Assembly (NCBI GenBank): GCA_030265395.1
Contig: JARFYF010000002.1
Location: 46,399,529 to 46,463,528, forward strand
From: Rhina ancylostomus
Taxonomy: Eukaryota
DNA length: 64,000 nt
Reading direction: 5' to 3'
The position numbers and the translations under genes are program-made. Under the pieces are notes generated by a model that ran no database searches, was not told where the DNA came from, and saw only the letters and a program-made list of their open reading frames with translations. Below, piece by piece: positions 51,901-64,000 of the stretch (position 1 is its first letter; every line of letters begins with the position of its first letter).

Positions 51901-54900
51901 GCTTTACTCAGTCTATTCAATGTAAACTTGGCACAAAGATAACACCCGGGAGAAGAATTTAATAATTAGTTTTCAATTGATATGTATATCTGGGTAAACA
52001 ATGCATTTTCAAAAGACAAAATGTGGTATTTGATGAAATAAAAATTGATGTAAAATAACTGAATTTGTCCTTCCAAATATTTTCACCAGTGTTCTACAAC
52101 CTGATGCTATCTCAACCAAAATGGAAATAGTGTCCTGTTTGGGACAGTGTCTGGTGGTTCAGAGATGCAGCATCAACAGTCCCCAGCTTTTAAATTACAT
52201 TCATCTACCTTTCTTGACCCATCTTCTCCCTCTAATTGTCATACCGCTTGCCTGACATCCAGTATTGCAACCAGCTGATGTTGTGACTCACACCAAGTCC
52301 TGTTCATTCTAGTGCTCTATGATTGACCCCTGGTCCACTAATTTCCACCCTTAAAGTTCAAATCTTCCCATGCCCCACTTTTTCCCTGTGGCATCCTCCA
52401 GCTCCGTGGATTAGTTCCTGTCAGCACACTACAGGAAGGATACGCTAGGATCTGAAAGGTGTAGAGGATATTCACAAGGATGTTGCCAGGGGTGGAGAAT
52501 TTTATTTATGAGTATTGGAGACAAAAACCCTCACCATATTTAAAAGCTGCATAGGTGAGCACTTGAAATGTCATAACCTACACTGCTACAGACTAAGAGC
52601 ATAAGAGAACAAACTAAATATCTTTTTTTTTGCTGAGTGTGAACATGCATCTTTTCGATGATTCTCTAAAATCTCCATGTCTTGCTTCTTATACAATCCC
52701 ATTTTTTTCACTCCATCATTGGTGGTTGTGTTCAGGTCTCTAGAATTCCCTCCCAAAATCTCTCTTTCCTGTTATAATGTTCTTAAAACCTGCTGCTGTG
52801 AAAAGGCTTTTCATTATTTCTCCCAATAAGTCATCAGCTATCAATGTTGTCTGATAATGGATCTGTGAAGCAGCTTAAAAGTGTTAATATATGCAATGTT
52901 TTGTTTGCCCATGATGAATCCTACACCATGTGGACTTGAGGTACCCACTTCTTTTTATCTCTTTCAATATTATAATTTGATGCACTTCAAGGAATTTTAC
53001 TGATTGAATAGGACCTCATTTTATTTGCATTTACTTACCACATTTGTTTTTCCTTCTCTGAGTGGTAAAAGGATTCCAACTTATTTTACACTAATTGTAC
53101 ATTTAAGAAAACTTAAAAAGAAAACATTATTCTCATTCTTTAGGGTACATGATTTGGCCTGAGTTAAATAGCAGGTAAAAATTAGTATTTTAAAGAAAAG
53201 CTCCGGGCTGTTGATTATAAGAGCTTCCAACCAATTTAAATTCATATCATGCTCACAACAATTTGACCATTGCCATCTTGGATAGGATCCCAAGAAGGAC
53301 TGCTGCATTACCAGTTGCAATATGTAAAACACACCCAATGTCATACACTGGGTCACAAATGAAATTTATAAGTACGAATCGGCAGAACAATGGTGCCAAT
53401 CCTCCACTCATTTACACCCATTTTACTTCAGGTGGCCTAATCATTGGCCTTAAAAGTTGTTTTCAACCTTTGCTTTTGTAGGGCTAGGAGGAATAAGGGC
53501 ACCCCACAAAAACTCCTGTCTTGCTGCCAGCTAATGCAAGAACTATTCCACAGTGACTGAAGTTTCATTTGCTAACCAGCTCCAGAATTTTCCACTTCCC
53601 CCAACTAATGCACTGACTCAGAGTGCTGATATGGTAATTACAGCTTTCTGACCATATGTAAATATAGTTTGGGGCTCAAAATGACTTTGGGTTTGACAGT
53701 AGTGATGAATGGTTAGTGGACATGCTTAATATGTGCCTAAAATAACATTACAACAAAGTATGATATTATCTAGATCTGATAAGGAACTACTATATCAAAA
53801 ATAATTATTTCTTTCCTTGGTGCATTGTTCAGTCTCACAAACATGCATATGCTATTTCCAGAATAATTATTTATGTAGATATATAATCTTTCCCAAATGA
53901 GTAATGTTGCACTACTCACAGGACATTCTCTGCACTACTCACAATACATTCCAGGGTCCAGCAGAGAAAACGCTACAGAAATATGAGCTTGTTGCTGACA
54001 CATCTTTGTAGAAAGGATTAAAAAAATTACTTTTTCAGCTGAGCAAGATAAAACACGATGATTATTAACATAGTAACTGTGAAAACACAAGGAATTTCGG
54101 GGTCATTGTGTAAAAATCAAGAACAATGCAATTTGTGTTAAATAAATACATCAATAACAATTCTTGTGGAAGAATTAAGAAGTTGAAAAATTACATTATA
54201 TAGTCAACCATAAATTTAAAGTATACTATCCCAGTAGAAAAGACTTTAGGTTGGGGCATACGTTGGTAAAATCAACCTTATTACTTCCACTAAATTATGG
54301 AAAATTTTGTAATTCATAATTTATAGCAAAGAAAATGTTGCTTGGATTGGAGGTTTCCACTCTATATATAATAGTTTTCATATCCATGTAATACTTGTCA
54401 AAGTGAGCACACAGGGTGCAGCTTTAGGAGGATAAATCTCCATCCTGTTTATGAGTGTCTGACTAACGTGACAAACATCTGGTACATGTTTTGTTAACAT
54501 AGTTGATGAAATTTAATAGTCAGATATCCACCTGCACCTGTCAAATGTAATTTGTACCATTATGCTACCTAGAAGGAAGTCTCTGGCTACAGTGTACAGA
54601 TGTGTGTTGAGATTCACATGAACCGTCTACCATTAAGAAGTTAGTATATTTATTTTGTGTTTCTATTAGAAACATCTGCCTCTGATTGAACATGTTCTCT
54701 CAATGTGTCTAAAGCATTCTGATCAGATTTAATTGGATTTAATTGTAAAATCAAGTATTTGATTTCATTTTGAAATTTAACTGCGAGAAATGACAATCAT
54801 AGTTTGCTGTGCTTAATGCAAAGTCAACAAATTAGATGACATTATTTTAGAGCAGCACTGCCTTTGTGGAACAAACTTCCAGTAAGAGCAGTTATTGCTC

Positions 54901-55087
54901 CTTTTATATTTTTTTCAGAGGAACTATGTAACGAGCTGTTTGAAAACAGGAATGAAACCATATACACCTAATACCCAATAGTTGCTATGTTGCTGGGCAT
55001 GGGCCTGGGTTCATGGTGAAACTGAGTGGCAGCGGCTAGTGATTATTCCCCATTCTCACTTTATTATTTTCAAGCATTGGGCATATA

Positions 55088-55418
55088 CAAGCCATCCCCA
55101 GGTTAAGAACACATGACTTATGGTCACCCAATACAAATGAACAGACTCCCATAATATAATTAAATTCAAAAGTCCAACATGCATACACACTCTTGTTCCT
55201 TCAAGTGGCAGAACCAGTTTCCTCTCTCTCTCTCTCTCTCCACTTTTTTAATTGTTCTTTCTCATCAGTCATATGTGCTTTTGATGCCATTCATTACAAT
55301 AATGGGAAGGTATGGTTACCATAGCAAGTGATTTTTTTGTGTATTTTCTGACTAATGGACAAAATCAACCTCTGGACTTGAGTAAAAACAGATCTGTTCA
55401 TAACGTTGGGACAGCCTT
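55088..55418. mobile_element. Tc1/mariner (Tigger-like) MITE
   Basis: Imperfect TIRs caagccatccccaggttaagaac / gttcataacgttgggacagcctt flanked by TA on both sides; a partial relative starts at 20861. Confidence 0.7.
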
Positions 55419-56801
55419 TACTCCTTTGAATGAGTTGCTGGGGGGTGGGGGGGTGGTTACCTGTGGATGTGATCATGCATAGGCAAATTTAAAGACCAAT
55501 TGTGCATCCTCTGGGAAAGAGCAGGCATAGAGCACCAAATGGCATTTTCCTTAACCATGCTTACTGGTAATTTCTGCAAGATTTTCCACTGGTATTCTGC
55601 TCCTGTTTCTAATTCTTAATTGCTAATTATTTTGTAATAAATGCTGCACCAGTGATACCAGTTTCATATATGAAGATGACCACAATCTGAAATCAAATCT
55701 GAAGTGATTTGTTTTGATAGCTGCAAAACTCTTATACTGTGTCTATTTTTGTAGGAGCTATTGGCCAGACAAGCATTAACTGCTTTTGAATTGCAGCCTT
55801 GCCAACAATTACCCTTTGGAATTCTTGGATTTGGATTGCAACTGGCTGAATAGAATATGTGTACCAAGACCTCCCAACCTGGTGTGAATTTCATATGATA
55901 CAAAACAACTAATATTAAAAGAGAGAATGCTGGAACTGCAGATCAAGCAGCGTTGAAGAAGAGTGAGAGTTAGCTTTTCAGGTCGATGACCTTTCACCAG
56001 AACTTAGTTACTGTCAGCTAGTGTTTGGCTTTGAGATACCTTCAACACCTCCTTTATTGCAAACTTTTCCTTAATATTTCATTAATATGCATCAATGGAC
56101 TTTGATATCAGGAAATCACAAAAAGATTCAAATTACAATGGATTGCAAGCCAGCCTTTGTTGAAGGTGGCAGCTAGTTTATACAGAGGAAGATCCCCATA
56201 TAGAGCAACGAGATAAGTAACATTTTGGTTTTTTTCGTGTGTGTGTTTGTACTTCAGCTAAAAGCTCTGCCTCTATAGGACATGGTATTTTCTCTTTTTG
56301 GTTCCCAATTGGCTCCATCCTTCCTTTGCCAGTCGTTTATTAGTGAATCTTTTTTGCATCTGTTCCAGAGTTTTGAGATTCTCTAAAGTAGCATGGCTTG
56401 AATTAGCACATTATTCTAAAAGTGGCCTTTACAACGATTTGGATACATTAGACACTACATCTCCGCCATGGAATTCAAAGCAACATAAAAGGCACTGACT
56501 GTAAGGGGAAAATAGCACAAGACAAGCTCCTAGATTATAAGACCCTAAGGTAGATATTATAATATGTAGCTATTTCAATTTACTATTATTCATTTTGAGA
56601 ACAAAATCTGAATTTTCCATTAAATATTAAGATTTTCCTGATGTATTCACATTTGTTTTACAATTTTAACAAAGACCACAAAGACCTCAAAAGTAAAAAG
56701 AGATTAAAAAAGCCATTCAGTTCATCATTCCACAGAAACCTATAACCCACAGAAATCAAAACCTGAGCTTGCTGCTAACTATAGATGACTAATTGCCTGA
56801 T

Positions 56802-57331
56802 GTGTCCATATGGTATGGCAACTGTTCTTCCCAGGACCGCAAGAAGCTTCAGAGAGTTGTGGACACAGCCCAGCGCATCACAGAAACCAGCCTCTCCTCT
56901 ATGGACTCTATCTATACCTCTCGCTGCCATGGTGAAGCAGCCAGCATAATCAAAGACCCCACCCACCCAGGACATTCTCTCTTCTCCCATCAGGCAGAAG
57001 ATACAGGACCCTGAGGTCACATACCACCAGGCTCAAGGACAGCTTCTACCCCATTGTGATAAGACTATTGAACGGTTCCCTTATACAATGAGATGGACTC
57101 TCCTCCTCACAATCTATCTTGTTGTGACCTTGCACCTTATCGTCTACCTGCAATGTACTTCCCTGTAGCTGTAACACTTTACTCTGTATTTTGTTATTGT
57201 TTGTACCTGTACTACCTCAATGCATTCTGTATTAGTTCAATGTATCTGCACGGTGTAATGAATTGATCTGTATGCAAGACCAGTTTTTCACTGTATCTCG
57301 GTACACATGACAATAGTAAACCAATACCAAT
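56802..57331 (+). mobile_element. Rex1/Babar LINE 3' end
   Basis: SIWYGNCSSQDRKKLQRVVDTAQRITETSLSSMDSIYTSRCHGEAASIIKDPTHPGHSLF; ccaataccaat tail. Confidence 0.9.
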
Positions 57332-58257
57332 CTTTTCTATCCTATTTTAACAGAGATCATGAAGAAAATAAGTGTGAGCAGAATTGTGGAAGGCTATTTG
57401 GTCCATCCAGTTCAGCATTCCACATAAACCTATATACCCCTCATCACAATGTATAATTGACTCTGGAATGACTTCAGTTTTGCTTCTCTTGCAAATAATT
57501 TTTCAGGTTTGCTTAAAGTGATGTCCCTAATCTAACTTGTCTTTTCCCCTGGCTTAAACCTATATCCCTCTCTGCAGTTTTAAATAAATGAGTTAACAAT
57601 AGTATTTAGAAAGTCAAAAGGATTTTCATGCTAGCATCATCAGCATTCATTTCTGAGAACATTTCTGAAGAAGTTTGGTGTCAAATGGCTAGATGCTAGC
57701 ATCGTCATCTCTGTTAAAGAATTTTGTTTTCAAGTCTCACTCCAGGGAACATATTAATATCTACTTTGATCTGAAGAGAGTCCTGACTGCCAGATAGACA
57801 TTACAGTGGTTTTAGATAGATGGACAATGACTCTCCACCATTGTTCCAACCAGAGAAGGATGGTTATCTTGTGTCTTAATTAACATTTTCCTTCAATCAA
57901 CGACCCTTAAAAAAACATTATTTAGAATAGCTTGTTAGTATGAAAAATTCCAAGTTCTATCTTTTGATAAGAATACCAACAAAATCAAAACTTCCTTTTA
58001 TATATTGCGACCAACATAGCAAAGATGTCCCAAGATTCTTTGTGGAAATGTTATCAAACAGAAAAATGAGACCAATCCACTGAATTAGACATGAAGCCTA
58101 GTCAAAGGATTTGCATTGCATAGAAAATAAAATTTGAGAGGTTTAGAGAGAGAATGTAGACTTCAGGGCCTTGGTTGCTAAAAGCAATGGTGAACAATTA
58201 AAGTTGTGGTTCTCAAGAGGATAGAAATGAAAGACTGAAGATATTCTCTGGGTTAAA

Positions 58258-58505
58258 TGTCATGGTTCTGAGTTCTGGCCCTCAATTTGGCTCCATTAAT
58301 GCCTTGTTGTCCAGCACATGGATTCTATGCTNNNNNNNNNNNNNNNNNNNNNNNNNNNNNNNNNNNNNNNNNNNNNNNNNNNNNNNNNNNNNNNNNNNNN
58401 NNNNNNNNNNNNNNNNNNNNNNNNNNNNNNNTCCTGACTCCAGTCTTGTATCAGTGTGCCACATTTGGGTTCTCTGTGAGTTTGCTCCGGATCAACATTG
58501 TGACA
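58258..58505 (+). mobile_element. Solo-LTR-like element with 5-bp TSD
   Basis: TGTCA...TGACA termini flanked by TTAAA at 58253-58257 and 58506-58510; internal gap. Confidence 0.7.
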
Positions 58506-59256
58506 TTAAAGGCTGAAAGAGGTTACAGAGTTAGGGAAGGATAAGATTTTTAGGAGAGAAATTTGAAAATAAAGACAAACATTTTAAAATCAAAGTATTG
58601 TTTAACTATTTAGCAAGAACAGGAGTGATGGGTGAACAGGACTTCATGTGATTCAGAACATGGAAAACTGTTTTAGATAAATTCAAGTTCACAACAAGTA
58701 GAACAAGAGTTGCCAGGGGAGCATTGGAATAAGGAAACAAGAACAAAAGCATGAGTAGGCCATTTGTTCCCTCAGATCTGCTCGGCTATTCACTAAGGTC
58801 ATGGCTGGTCTTTTACCATGGAGCACTTGCTCATACAAACCCCAAACCCTACGATTCCTTTAAAATCCATAATCCATCAATTCCTAACAAATCATTAAGC
58901 ATAAAGGTGACCAAAGTATAGCTGAGAGCTTCAGGAGTGCATGACTCATGGGCTGGATATGAATGCATCACTTTACTCTAGTATATTACTTTATTGAAAA
59001 GGTCTGGCAACAGCTGTGGAGAGAAACAGAATTAAAGCTTCAGGTCAATGACCTTTCATCAGATGCCTCCTGGCCTGCTGATTATTTCTGGCAATTTCTA
59101 TTTTTTAATTTCAGACTATCAACACATGGAGCACTTTGCTTTTACATTAGTAAACTGATGCTATAGTTTGCAATATAGCTTAGGTATATCCTTTCTGTGA
59201 TGTAGAATGTGCATCTGAAATATGTAAAACACCTGATCCACAAAAGGGAAGATGGA

Positions 59257-59520
59257 TGGCATGGTGGTGCAGCAGTAAGTATTGTTGCCTCACAGGAACC
59301 TATGTTGGCCTCTCATGCTGTGTGGAGTTTGTGAGTTTGAGTCCCTGTGACCATGTGGATTTCTAGATCCATCCCACACCTAAAGATATGTTGATAGGTT
59401 AATTGGCTACTGTAAATTACCCCTTAGGTATGGCAAGTGTAAAAAAAAATCAGAAAGGGGAGCTTATTAGTATGTGGGAAAGAATAAGCTGTGAGGCTAC
59501 AGAGAACAAGGAGGGGGAAA
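59257..59520 (+). mobile_element. Old V-SINE
   Basis: ggcatggtggtgcagcagtaag...tgcctcacag head; tgtggagtttg...ccctgtgaccatgtggattt...tcccacac; ggttaattggctactgtaaattacccc. Confidence 0.75.
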
Positions 59521-59749
59521 CAGTATACCCATTTCCACTTTCGCTTGCTGCAGTTTCATATACTGATGTGTATAACATTAGTTTCATTGGTTACTTTATG
59601 AAGGTATCATCTGCCCGGCAGCATGTATATTTTCAGGATATTTCACATGCAAGTTGCAGGAGCTGAACTGGGATTTTACAGTCAATGAATGAATAATTAC
59701 AGATGTCCCCACAATTTCCAAAAGTAGAATTTATTTTATTGTCATCGTC

Positions 59750-61700
59750 TGAAAATGCGCGGCAAGACTTTTCCCATTGCAAAGTACGGTTGGATGTCCT
59801 GAAGTTCTGAAACTCTACTACATAAAAAAACATTGTTACGTTTTTAATGAATCGACGCTTTCAAGTGTATTGTGTGACCATATTACGATAGAGTATGTGC
59901 CTTTGTAATACGTAGCGGTAAACTGTTATTCATTGTATTACAAATGCTTTGGACTGTATTCACTGAATTTGCATTTTACGATGGTAACTTAATCGTTGCT
60001 GGGTGCTTTTATATTGTACAGCAGTAGCCTGATATGTTGCTGCGTGCGTGTCCAAGGGAGTGCAGCAATTCTTCGCGTTGTTGTGTGCGTGTGCACAGTG
60101 GAGCTGCAGTTGCAGTGTGCGTGCTTGTTGTGAAGCGGCCCTTTGATAGCTCTGAGATGCATGTGCAACACTATGTGATTGACCCAAGGCCTTGCTGGGC
60201 GGGTCCCGCTGAGTGACGCGCACGCTCTGCACGGCGCTCACACGGCGATAGAGTTACATTGCAGTCAGGGGGAGCTGTGGGAATGAGGAGAGAACTTGGC
60301 ACAGATCCCAGTCCTGCAAAACTCTCCATCAGAACTTCAGCAACAAAACAATGGCCGCAATCTTATATAGATACGTAACATGTGAGATTTTATTCCTCAT
60401 TAAGATTAACGAAGATAGACTTTGACCCATGCCACGATTAGCAAGTATTTGATTCTGAAAGAAAGTTATCAATTTAATAGGATTATGGTCGTGGTCATCG
60501 CAGCTGTAGACACAGCATAAATTTGTTTGTAAAAAGGAGGAACTGCTACGGAAAACAAATTAAATAATCATCGCACTGTTTTTGTTTGCCATGTTTCAAG
60601 TGGATTGTGTTTCGTGGTAAAACTACATTTTTAATGAAACAGCTCTTCCCTCTCATATCTATTTTATTCCGTCCATTTATTAGATCTGCTCTCATTTGCA
60701 GTTACGAATTCTTCAAAATAGTGTTGAACATGAAATGTTTGAAGCTGTCCTATGGCTGGGATCTGTGAGTCTGAACTGTCTCTGATCCGCAGCTCAGCAT
60801 CTTATTTCTATAACCGAGGGTGCTGCTGATTTCACTGAGGATTTGTTTGTTTGTTTTCGCAATGATTGTTCTATCCAAAATTTAAAATTGGAAATATATT
60901 AAGAGCAATAAATGGTCAGGAAGGTCAGGATATTGCAAAAGTTTTTGGAGCCGGCGACGGATCTGGTGGAGGGTACGTTTACTCCAGAGCTGCCCTGGGA
61001 TTTCTGTAATTGCCAGTCATTGTTACAGTTATTCTGGGAACAGCCGGCTTTTGTAGAACCAGTGACCAGTCAACAGCAACACGTGTCTTTCCGACCGGAG
61101 ACGATTGCCCGACCCTTGCTACAGATTTTATATCTAATCCACGGCCATTAGCGGTGGCCTTTTCCAAACACTTTGCNNNNNNNNNNGTCGGGTATAAAAA
61201 TACTTATCCCATTTAAAGGGCCCTGCCATGGCTATCAGAACTAAGCGGCAAATGATCTTGGTTTTAGATTTATGCTTAAATAACTTTATATTATTTTTGA
61301 ATTCTAATGCATTACTAGTAATACTTTGTTTTTAATCGCGTTATAATACACGCGATGATTTCAGAAGAAATATCGGGGTTATTCTTTGAGTTTAACGATT
61401 ACATTTAGACTTGGGCATTGCTGCATGATTATTGGTATGTCCGCGGTGTAACTTGTAATCCCCAAATGCTTAATTCTCTGGGCTCATACGCAATTAAATA
61501 TTTATTTCGTTGTGTCATTATCAAATGCGGCACCGATAACGCAAACGTTATATTTTAGTGGACAATAAACCGGCACAAAACCGCGCGACCCCACCCTCAC
61601 CCTCCAGCCTATGCATTCATAGCTAGTATCTAACAATCTCCGACAAGCTTGATTAGTGAAAGTTTGTGCTTCATCATCATCCATTGGCATAAGCTTTGAA
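59750..61700 (+). promoter_or_regulatory. CpG-rich promoter-like region
   Basis: Dense CpG core at 60030-60250 with GC box (60197), TGACG half-CRE (60214) and GCGCACGC (NRF1-like, 60218); AACAATGGCCGC at 60347 (Kozak or YY1-like); strand inferred. Confidence 0.55.
60351..60381 (+). CDS. Possible short first coding exon (MAAILYRYVT)
   Basis: Strong Kozak acaATGG just downstream of the CpG core, followed by a gtgaga donor; no second exon found in the window. Confidence 0.25.
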
Positions 61701-61929
61701 GATTTTGGTCACTGTTTCGGACTAAATAAGACAAAAAAAACCTCAAAAATATATCGTTGTACGTATTCGTGAAAGTGTTGCTGAAATGTTGTTATGTGGT
61801 TGCTTGCTTTTCCACAAAGATCTTACATCTTTTGCTCTTAATTTCTTGCGGTGAATATATAACTCTCAAAACATAGCTGGGTTTACTCATATGTGTGTCA
61901 TTGTACGGAGTGCAAGCGTTGTGTTACAT

Positions 61930-62790
61930 AAAAAACTGAAATACTAGAAACAGTCAACAGATCAGGCAGCATTTGCGGAGAAATAAACAGTCAACATTTT
62001 CAGGTCAATGACTTTTCCTCAGAATGTGTTAAAAATCAAAAGAAGTTGTTGCGGAGAAGTGGGAGGGATGGGGAGAAGAGCAGGGATAGGGTGGGGCCCA
62101 AAGGAAACCGGATGACACATGTGATGGAGGTGCCAGCTAAGAGGGGGTGAAGGTGTGTTGGAGATGTAAACAGAAGGATGTGAATGAAGGCAGAGGTAAG
62201 GAAGAGAGGAAAAAAATGTTGAAGCCGTGAGATACAAAACAAGGGCGAAATAAAACACTGACCCCTGAGATTAAAAACACACTGTTGAAGATACTCGGAA
62301 GGGGCGGGCAGGGTGTGTCTAGTAGTAGCAACACATGGCAGATGTTGGAAATGGCAGAGAATGATCCATGGAATACGAGGGCAAGGGGAACCCTGTCCTT
62401 GACCTGGATGGGAGCAGAGGGGTTGAGAGAAGTATGCGAAATGGAATGGATGTGTTTGTGAGCCCTTTCAAATATGGTGGATGGGAGAGGACGCCTAAGA
62501 GCAAAAGATAACAATCTTAAAGAAGCTCTAATCAAATAGGATGGAGGAAGAGAAACTGGGAATATGGAATGGAATCCTACAGGAAGCAAGGTGGGAGGAG
62601 ATGTAGTCTGAGGGCTTGTAATGGGTATTGGTCGCTAACCTATCCCCTGAGACAGAGATAAAAGGAAAGGAAAGGGAGAAGTCAGAGATGGACCGTGTAA
62701 AAGTGAGAGCAGAGTGGAAAATGACAGTAAAGCGGATAAAACGTTCGAGTTCTATTGAAGAGCAGGACAGCACCGCAGTCATTAATGTAC
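61930..62790 (-). mobile_element. Penelope-like retroelement fragment
   Basis: SCSSIELERFIRFTVIFHSALTFTRSISDFSLSF...GDRLATNTHYKP (RT C-terminal part) and KDRVPLALVFH (linker before GIY-YIG). Confidence 0.9.
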
Positions 62791-64000
62791 CAAAAAAAAT
62801 TGTACTATTTCCACGTAGCTTCCGTGCGCTGGTTTAACCATCTGGCTGTATAACGGATGGCAGCTTTTGCAAATTGTGGTAGAATATAAATAATTTTAAA
62901 AGGTGCACCTCAATCAGAGAAAGTGTAACATAAGGATATAAACTAGTTTTTTAAACAGTCATTGAATATATAACCCTAATATTTTCATGAATACCATGTT
63001 AATGACCATAATAATATGTAGTCGAAATCTTTTCAGGACTGTAACTAACTAGTAGTAATCCTTTGTCCTCAAAGTTGTTTAAATAGTATTTTAATTTTAG
63101 TTACCCAGAAGCTTTTATTTGGTTGTAAGTCATTTGTTTGTACTCAGGGCTAGCAGATAAATCCGAAATATCTTCGCTGCTCTGTAGTTGCTCGTTTTCT
63201 CCCCTTGCTCTAGTTTAGACCCGAAGATCGATTTGATCCTATATTTGAAATCAGTTCCTTCCAAAGTTTAGTGAAATTTATCATCATTTATAGAAAAAGT
63301 ACTAAACAATACTCTGGAAATCAAAATTATGAAAAAAAAACGCCATAATATAGCAAAAGTCTGAGTGTAACATTTGCACTGGCAGTTATGAGTGAACAGA
63401 AACAAATACAAGTGTTGTGTAAACAATCCTCCTTGTATCTGCTTTCGTGCTGTCTGTAAATATTGGGTGAACTGCACAAAGCAACGGGCAGAGTAATAAG
63501 GTGTGAAATAAGCCAAGCTCCCCTTCATCAGTTGCATCAGCATTAAAACACACGAAAATACAATGCATTCAATTTTCCAACACCACCTAGGAAGAAAAAT
63601 TGTTATTTATACAACGTTTGGAACAGCCACTCGCATTCCACTGCGTCAAATGTTATCGAAATAGCACGACGTCAGCAGGATGATCCCGTGGTTATTGTCA
63701 AAATAATTATATGTCCCTTGATCTTGACTTCATTAAGTGCAGAAATGACACGTTCTTCTGGCATTTTAACACAGGAACATCTTAAAAGCCAATGGTCTCA
63801 CTGTAGTCAAGGTTACAAAGATGGAAATCTAACACCAACGATTTCTGTCTAAGCCGCTCAGAATTAACTTGGAAGCAGTGAAATATTTCACAGTAAAATA
63901 TTTCTGCTTATATCTTTTACGAAACTTCCTAAAACTTAAAGTTAATCCTTAACCTTTAATGCATTGTGGCGCACAGTTCATTTAATTAAAAAGTAATATT

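Noticed and set aside
60912-61151. 79-aa ATG ORF near the promoter
   Set aside because: No homology recognised and no clear acceptor; more likely non-coding first-intron sequence
60481-63948. Five TAATCC/GGATTA (K50 homeodomain) sites
   Set aside because: Only about twice a rough chance expectation; not convincing
1-64000. CRISPR array, prokaryotic operon, viral gene or tRNA/rRNA gene
   Set aside because: No regularly spaced repeats or long intact ORFs; tRNA-like sequence occurs only as degenerate SINE heads

Overview
Eukaryotic, AT-rich, repeat-dense vertebrate DNA with many N gaps. The repeat families seen (CR1, L2-group, Rex1/Babar, RTE, L1, Tx1, Penelope and its foldbacks, V-SINEs) are typical of cartilaginous fishes, and a ray is my inference. 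There is no intact long protein-coding ORF, tRNA, rRNA or CRISPR array. Nearly all ORF-track entries are retrotransposon remnants, microsatellite translations, gap-spanning artefacts or noise. The main non-repeat signal is a chain of minus-strand exon-like segments from about 31.7 kb down to 5.8 kb. They have AG/GT boundaries, several phase-compatible junctions and protein-like translations, but carry stop codons, frameshifts, two broken acceptors and transposon insertions. This suggests a large, unidentified multi-exon gene that has decayed into a pseudogene; two small exons in the chain (43 and 47 nt) look intact. Two CpG-enriched zones (about 48.9-51.9 kb and 59.7-64 kb) look regulatory, and the second has a promoter-like core with a possible short first coding exon. 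Repeat boundaries are approximate, and family names come from recalled motifs, not database searches.
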